A stretch of DNA of 64,000 nucleotides from Chrysemys picta bellii (taxonomy: Eukaryota). The notes beneath the pieces are model-generated. The model made no database searches. It was not told the DNA's origin and saw nothing but the letters and a program-made list of their open reading frames with translations. The stretch covers positions 51,398,001 through 51,462,000 of the forward strand of contig NC_088796.1 of assembly GCF_011386835.1 (NCBI RefSeq). The letters run 5' to 3'. The translations under genes were made by a program, and so were the position numbers. Shown here piece after piece: positions 58,201-64,000 of this stretch. Within the stretch, counting starts at the first letter, position 1. Every line of letters begins with the position of its first letter.

Positions 58201-59339
58201 GTAGATTGTAGAGTTCAGTTCTGAAATAGATCATAGGAAATTACTGTCTATTATTCTGGAGCTAATTTACTCAAGTTCTTATAGATCATAACTTGAGACT
58301 TTGTAGTGCATAAGTCACTTTTGAAAATGGGATTTAGATTCCTAAGTCATTTCCTTACAGAAAGAAACTCTTATTTCCATTTATAATGCTCCAGTGGATA
58401 AAACTCGAGCCTAGGATGCCTCAGGGCTTGAAGGGCAAAGATTTCATTCTGGGCCCCACTGAGAACCTTACACAGAGGTTGTCTACTTGGGGTTTGCACA
58501 GGGGTGATGTGTTACTAGTTGGGTCTATGTGTAATGCTTTATGTACAGTAGCATGTGTGTGTTGCAATGACAATTCACTGACTTCCATGCTACTCGAGTA
58601 GAGGCTCCTGGGCAGCTCATTAGTTGTTGACCATCCCCCACCCCTTTGTGCTAGCTTAGTCACCGCTGGCACAGAGGGCACCTGACCAGCAGGCAACATG
58701 TGCAGTGGCTGCCTTGCACAGGGACACTGCAAGAAAAGAGTGGGGTAGAGGCGCTTGTATGGGCACTCTACAAAGTGAATAAACCACAGGCCATGTTTAA
58801 TATAGGTATTATACTTGAGCTTCACTTTTGAGTACAGTATTGAGTACTGTCAGGAAGGTTTGAGATCAAATCAGGCATTGTGAAAAAGGTGATGCTGTAC
58901 TAAATGTAAATTAGATGTGAAATTTGCCTAAATGAGTTAGGAACCTGAGTCCCATTTTCAAAAGTGATTTTGAACACTATGGGGGTACAGCTATGAAAGT
59001 TTTTTTTAGCAAATAGTAAATTTGCTGAAAATGAATTTTTGGGGGTTCCGAAACTAGTCACCAATTTGGATTAAATTTGGTGAATAATTTCAGCCAACAT
59101 CCCTCCCCCCCCCCGAAATGTCAAAATGGTTTTGGTTCAAAACTCCCCTCCCCCCCCCCCAAGTCAGTTATTTGCTTAGCTCTACTCAGCAGCTCCCTAC
59201 GCATAGGCTTCTAAATCAATAAGATGCTTTTGAAAGTTTTGCCCTAGGCATCTAAAGCAGAACAGATACTTTGCCTTTCAAAAGCCTTTCAAATATCTGA
59301 ACTCCTGAATGTAATGTAGTAGAGTCTATTGGATCAAAT

Positions 59340-59510
59340 ATAGGGCTGAGAGGCAAGAACACCTGACTTTTAATCTTAACTCTGCCACTGTCTCTTTTGT
59401 TTCTGTAGCCTGACTTTCTCCACGTATAAAATGGGTGCCATAATACCTCCCTTACAGCAGTGTTGTGAGGACTGATTAGTTAATATTTGTACATTACTTT
59501 GAAAAATCTG
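59340..59510 (+). mobile_element. Degenerate MIR-like SINE
   Basis: CTCTGCCACTG...TATAAAATGGG...ATAATACCT...GTTGTGAGGACTGATTAGTTAATATTTGTA. Confidence 0.6.
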
Positions 59511-59960
59511 ACAACCATATGCTTGTTTCTGTCAGATATCTGAAGGCAATTTAAGCTGAATCTCAAAGGATATAGAAGTGTATACAAATGATTCAATTCT
59601 CACAGTGTTTAGAATAAACATCAGAGACTTTACATTTCACAGATCCTGAAGATTGGTATTTTTATTATTCTAGGCATTTGTATGGGGTTTATCACTGTAG
59701 CATCTTGATTTGACCCAAGCTTTGTTATTAAATATTAACCACTGGGTTCAATTCATGTTGTGGAAAGAGATGTTTGATATAGTAAAACTGAACCAGGACT
59801 TTTTCCATTATAAAGAGTTTGACAAATACTGAAAGACCTGGTTTAAAAGGACAGACTTTGGTTTTGGTCTTTTAATAAGGAACATTTTCTTTATATATGA
59901 GATAGATAAATGTACTGATTTTTATGCTAATACATTTAAAGAATAATTGATATAGCTAAT

Positions 59961-60106
59961 GGGCCAGATTCTGCTCTAATATACCCTGGTGCAAACCCAC
60001 TGAAATCAATAGGGCCTGATACACCACGTTTCCACTGCTGTGAGAAGAGAAACTCCGTTGACATCAGTAGAATTACATTAGTGTAAAAGAAAGGAGAGTC
60101 AGGTCC
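59961..60106. mobile_element. GGGCC-ended palindromic MITE(s)
   Basis: GGGCCAGATTCT...GAGTCAGGTCC with an internal GGGCCTGAT, possibly two fused copies. Confidence 0.5.
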
Positions 60107-60183
60107 AGTATATCACCAGTACTGCTTGAAACTCACATTGAAATCCATGTGTAATTGAGAGCAGAATTCGATCAGATACCTGT

Positions 60184-61079
60184 TGTGATACTGACAGACC
60201 AGCTCAGACCAGAGCCATAGGCCAATTCACTTGTGTGTGAATAGAGATGAAAGGAAATGTTAATTGTATTGTTTTTGCCCATCTATATCCTGTTTACAAT
60301 TATATTACATTAACATTATGCATCTTTGGTAATTAAATAATTCTAGATCAAAGTGTGTGTTAACCTAAATGTGTATTCAGGTGTTAAAACTTCTTGAAAA
60401 CTAATGGAATGCTACTTGCATTGTTTTCACTAATCTATTCCTATTATAATGTAATGGAAGGCATTTACATTATGTATATCCCTGTGACCAAATAACTCAA
60501 ATGCAAATGAAGAAGAGTGTTAACTTCAAAGCAAGGGTCATTGTGTTCAACAATCAGAATTCACAGACTCATCATCAAAAGGAAAGCCCATGTGGGTAAA
60601 TACACTGTTCAAATTGTTTTCTGGAGAAGAAGCTATAAATATGGATTCAAGGAATGGTCCTGTATATCTGGATTGTTTGGATTCTAACAGGATAGAATAA
60701 CTGAACAAGAAGATGGAGATCCCCAGAGTTATTCTGGGTAGCGCTGAAAAGGCTGTTGGGAAACTGGCAGATTATTATCTCTCTCCTATGATTTGGATTT
60801 ACAGACTTTGGCTCACCTGTTAATGCATTTTACCTGCTTTAACCTCTCAATAACTCATTTCTTTTTCTTCACTAATAAATCTTTAGTTAGTTTAGAGAAT
60901 TGGCTGCCAGTATTGTCTTTGGTGTGAGATCTGGAGCTTCAGTTGATCTGGGGTAAGTGACTGGTTTGGTGAAATCTAATTATAGAATATCCCACGAGCT
61001 TGGGATCTCAGTCCTGTTTTCTGATAGTCTGACCTAAGGTTGTCAGTCACAGTTGTGAGCCACTCCATACAGCATGACA
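60184..61079 (+). mobile_element. Solo LTR, about 896 bp
   Basis: TGTGATA...CATGACA termini, 5-bp TSD CCTGT/CCTTT (4/5), TATAAATA at about 60635, AATAAA at about 60874. Confidence 0.8.
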
Positions 61080-61712
61080 CCTTTAACCTGAATCTAACAT
61101 ATTAAAATTACTGATTCAGTCAAAGAAACCCTGATCTATCTTTTGCTCTGTAGTCACTGATAATTGACAAGAATACCTGCTTGTTTTCATATTTGGCAAA
61201 AAGTGATTTTTTTTTCATACAACCAGTCAGCTTGACATATATTGTACCAGAAATGGATAGCAAGGTCCTTGAAACACTTTTAAGCCAAGCCAGGAGGATT
61301 CTGCATTTTTTGTGAAGATTTTCTTTTACATCCCTGAAGAGAAACTGACCATAGACCTGTTTTGCTTTGACAATTTGGAAAGGGATTATTTTGATGGAAT
61401 TGGGTCGAATATTCTTATTCAATAGCCATTGCAGTAAAATTGTTCATTTCCACAACAGCTGCTGAAACATGAATTGGAAAACCTGTGCTGGAAAATTAGT
61501 TAATTTGCCAATAAATAAAATGCAATTTTTTTTGGTTAACTTTATAGCATATCCCAGTAAATGCAAAATAATACTGGATAAAGATTTCCTTTCTCCTGTA
61601 GTCACAGGGGTCACCCTTAAAAACGTGACTTGGATAATGAAATAATTTTACTTCACTATTTACACACCTATTGCTTAAAGGAAAACAGGCAAATTTTGAA
61701 GAGTAACCACTG

Positions 61713-61790
61713 TAGATTCATAGATTCTAAGGACAGAAGAGACTACTGTGATCATCCAGCCTGAACTCCTTCAGAACACAGGCCAGGGAA
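61713..61790 (-). mobile_element. CR1 extreme 3' end
   Basis: TAGATTCATAGATTCTAAGGACAGAAGAGACTACTGTGATCATCCAGCCTGAACTCC = antisense CR1 terminus. Confidence 0.7.
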
Positions 61791-64000
61791 TTCTGGGAAG
61801 TTTTATTTTTCAAATCAGAGAGAGAGAATTTTTCCTGTGACTAAAGGGAATGTAAATAGCATTTACAGCCCATTCAACCTTGTCTAGAGTACTAAATGAA
61901 ATGTTGACAATGGGCTTTATGACAGCTAGCTGAACCATTACCAAACATGGCTTGCCCTTGTCTACATTTACAGTTAAACCATATTCAACACTGGTTTAGC
62001 TGCCATCATTGTGACAACCATTGTTGGCAATAGTTCCATTTGGTAGTGGAGGCCTTAGTTCTGTTGGATCTTTTGTAACAGCTGATGAATTGGTGCTCAA
62101 GAGGTAAACAAGTGGCAGGCATTTAGAAGACTTGGCTAACAATGGTTTGTGTTTAGCTTATTTCTACCAAGTAAACTTGTTGAGTGTGCTAATGTTTTGA
62201 GCCAGAGATGTCAGAAACCAGTCTTTATTGGTCAAATATGAATGGACTGGTCATATTCTCTAACGGCAGGAAACCATTAAAGCTGGGCTGTTCTGGAAGA
62301 GGGGAAGAACAGACTTCCCGGTATCCAGCTATAAAAGGGGAATAACAATATCTACCTCCTGGGGTATAGTGTGAGTTAATTGGTTATTTTGGAAAGTTGC
62401 TGTAGGAGTGAAAGTGGGAACAATGCCACCTCAGTACTGTCTACACTCTATAGTTAGTCAAGGAGCTAAGTCTTTACAATTGGTCATCATAAGGGTTTGT
62501 TGGCCCTGGGGCAATCCTGCTTCTAGTGCTTCATGTTAATATGTTTACTTTATGGTAGTTTACACCTACAGTACAAATGACAAATTAGTGAGAGAACAGA
62601 GTAAAAGCCACTTGCAAGGTACCCTTTATATGATGTGTGCACATACACAATCAATCATTTCATGTGAACTGAGGAAATCACACAGAGAAGGTGCAGTTTC
62701 AGAAACAGGAAATGGGATATTTAAAAGGTCTTTGTTGTGCTAGGGCAGTGTGGGGGTCAATATAGCTGGAGAAGGCTTACTATATTAATAACTCAGGAAA
62801 CAGTAAATAAATAAAATGTGAGACAGCTAATCTACATTTAAGTGCCAGGGCTTGAATCCAGGTTTGGAGGATAACACAGGAAACTCCACAACATGTAGTG
62901 CTTTATGCAATGAAAGTTTAATCTCAATATCACTGTTTCGCAGTGAAGCATGAGAGGCCAAAATGCTAATAGTGTATACTATCCCAGAAGCAGAGATGGA
63001 CAAAGTTGTCAGCTGAGGTAAGTCAGCATAGCTCCATTGACTTAAATAGATCTATATCACTTTTACACCAGCTGAGGATCTGGCCCAAGATGTACAGAAG
63101 AATTATTTTGTGGGAAAGTGTAATAGCTTTCGTGAGAGGAAGCAGAATTTCATTTAAAAGATCCAGTACTTATCTGTGGTGGAAGCTTAAAGGGAAGAAA
63201 AAAATCTGCTTCAGTGAGATGCAATTCATATTTTTGCTGGCAGTGGCTTTGATTCTTAAATTAACATTATTGCATGGACATTTGTGCTTAATTAGCTGAA
63301 ACTAGCATCAAATATACTTTTGAGGTCAGTAGTAAAGAGAAATTTTAGTACATGCAGTGAGGCAAAGAGTTATAAATGCCTAACATAATAGCTCAGAAGA
63401 TTACATATACCACACACCAGTTTCTACAGACAATGCCATTTTAGTGAAACTCTTTGAAATGAACACCAAACACAGAATAAATCTATTACATACAACCCCC
63501 ACATAACACCCAGTGAGAATAAATGTCAGCAATAAGCATTCATTTTTGAAAGCTACCTGCAGATATAATTAACACCTTTTAAAGTAATAGCTCACAAAGG
63601 AATAAGCCCCTTTAAAAAGAAAAGCAATTTTATATCACATGTTCTCATTTAAGTGGTCTCAGGTGTATTTTATATATTGCTTTTGGATGGGGTTTTAAGC
63701 CTTTTTAGGCCCAATGGGTCCTAGTAATTTGGTAGTGTCCAACTGGCTGCCCACATTTTAAATCTTTAGCTGACATTCATTTTCACAACACGAAAAATGG
63801 CACTTTGTTTGTAGACCCTCAAATGATCTCTAATACTGAGTCTGAGAGGGCTGTTTTAGCCTTTTTATTTTGGTGTGGCCAGCTGCAGTCACTTGAGAAT
63901 TAAGACAATAACTAGGTTCCTGAAAATACTAAGAGTCACATGCTAAATCTCAATATGTATAAAAGACAACCAGAGGCCAAAATTGCTCCACTGGGATAAA

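Noticed and set aside
1-64000. CRISPR array, prokaryotic operon, viral genome or intact autonomous transposon
   Set aside because: No regularly spaced repeats, no gene-dense region, and no uninterrupted transposase, pol or env ORF. The composition is that of repeat-rich vertebrate non-coding DNA.

Overview
This window is vertebrate non-coding genomic DNA, almost certainly from a cryptodiran (hidden-necked) turtle. The evidence is a tRNA-derived tortoise Pol III/SINE with a CR1-type tail, several CR1 LINE fossils, LF-SINEs, MIR-like SINEs, L2 3' tails and many turtle-type MITEs and solo LTRs. I could not identify any host protein-coding gene. The listed ORFs are either decayed retroelement frames (CR1 RT at 1170, 14669 and 17520; Gypsy integrase at about 1523-2040) or chance ORFs in GC-rich repeats. 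A large part of the window is transposon-derived: about 8-10 solo or partial LTRs (several with 5-bp TSDs), hAT MITEs with 8-bp TSDs, TA-flanked Tc1/mariner-type MITEs and TWA-flanked PIF/Harbinger-type MITEs, often nested. The most striking structure is a 165-bp zero-mismatch inverted duplication at 53099-53497 inside an old, diverged MITE. It has the junction pattern expected of a fold-back template switch. Other notable items are a same-strand CR1-Gypsy integrase-SINE fusion at about 1167-2150, two near-full-length LF-SINEs, and an LTR fragment retaining a GC-box/ETS/TATA promoter plus a splice donor. I found no evidence of a new multi-gene system. Family names come from recalled consensus features, not database searches, and boundaries without a stated TSD are approximate.
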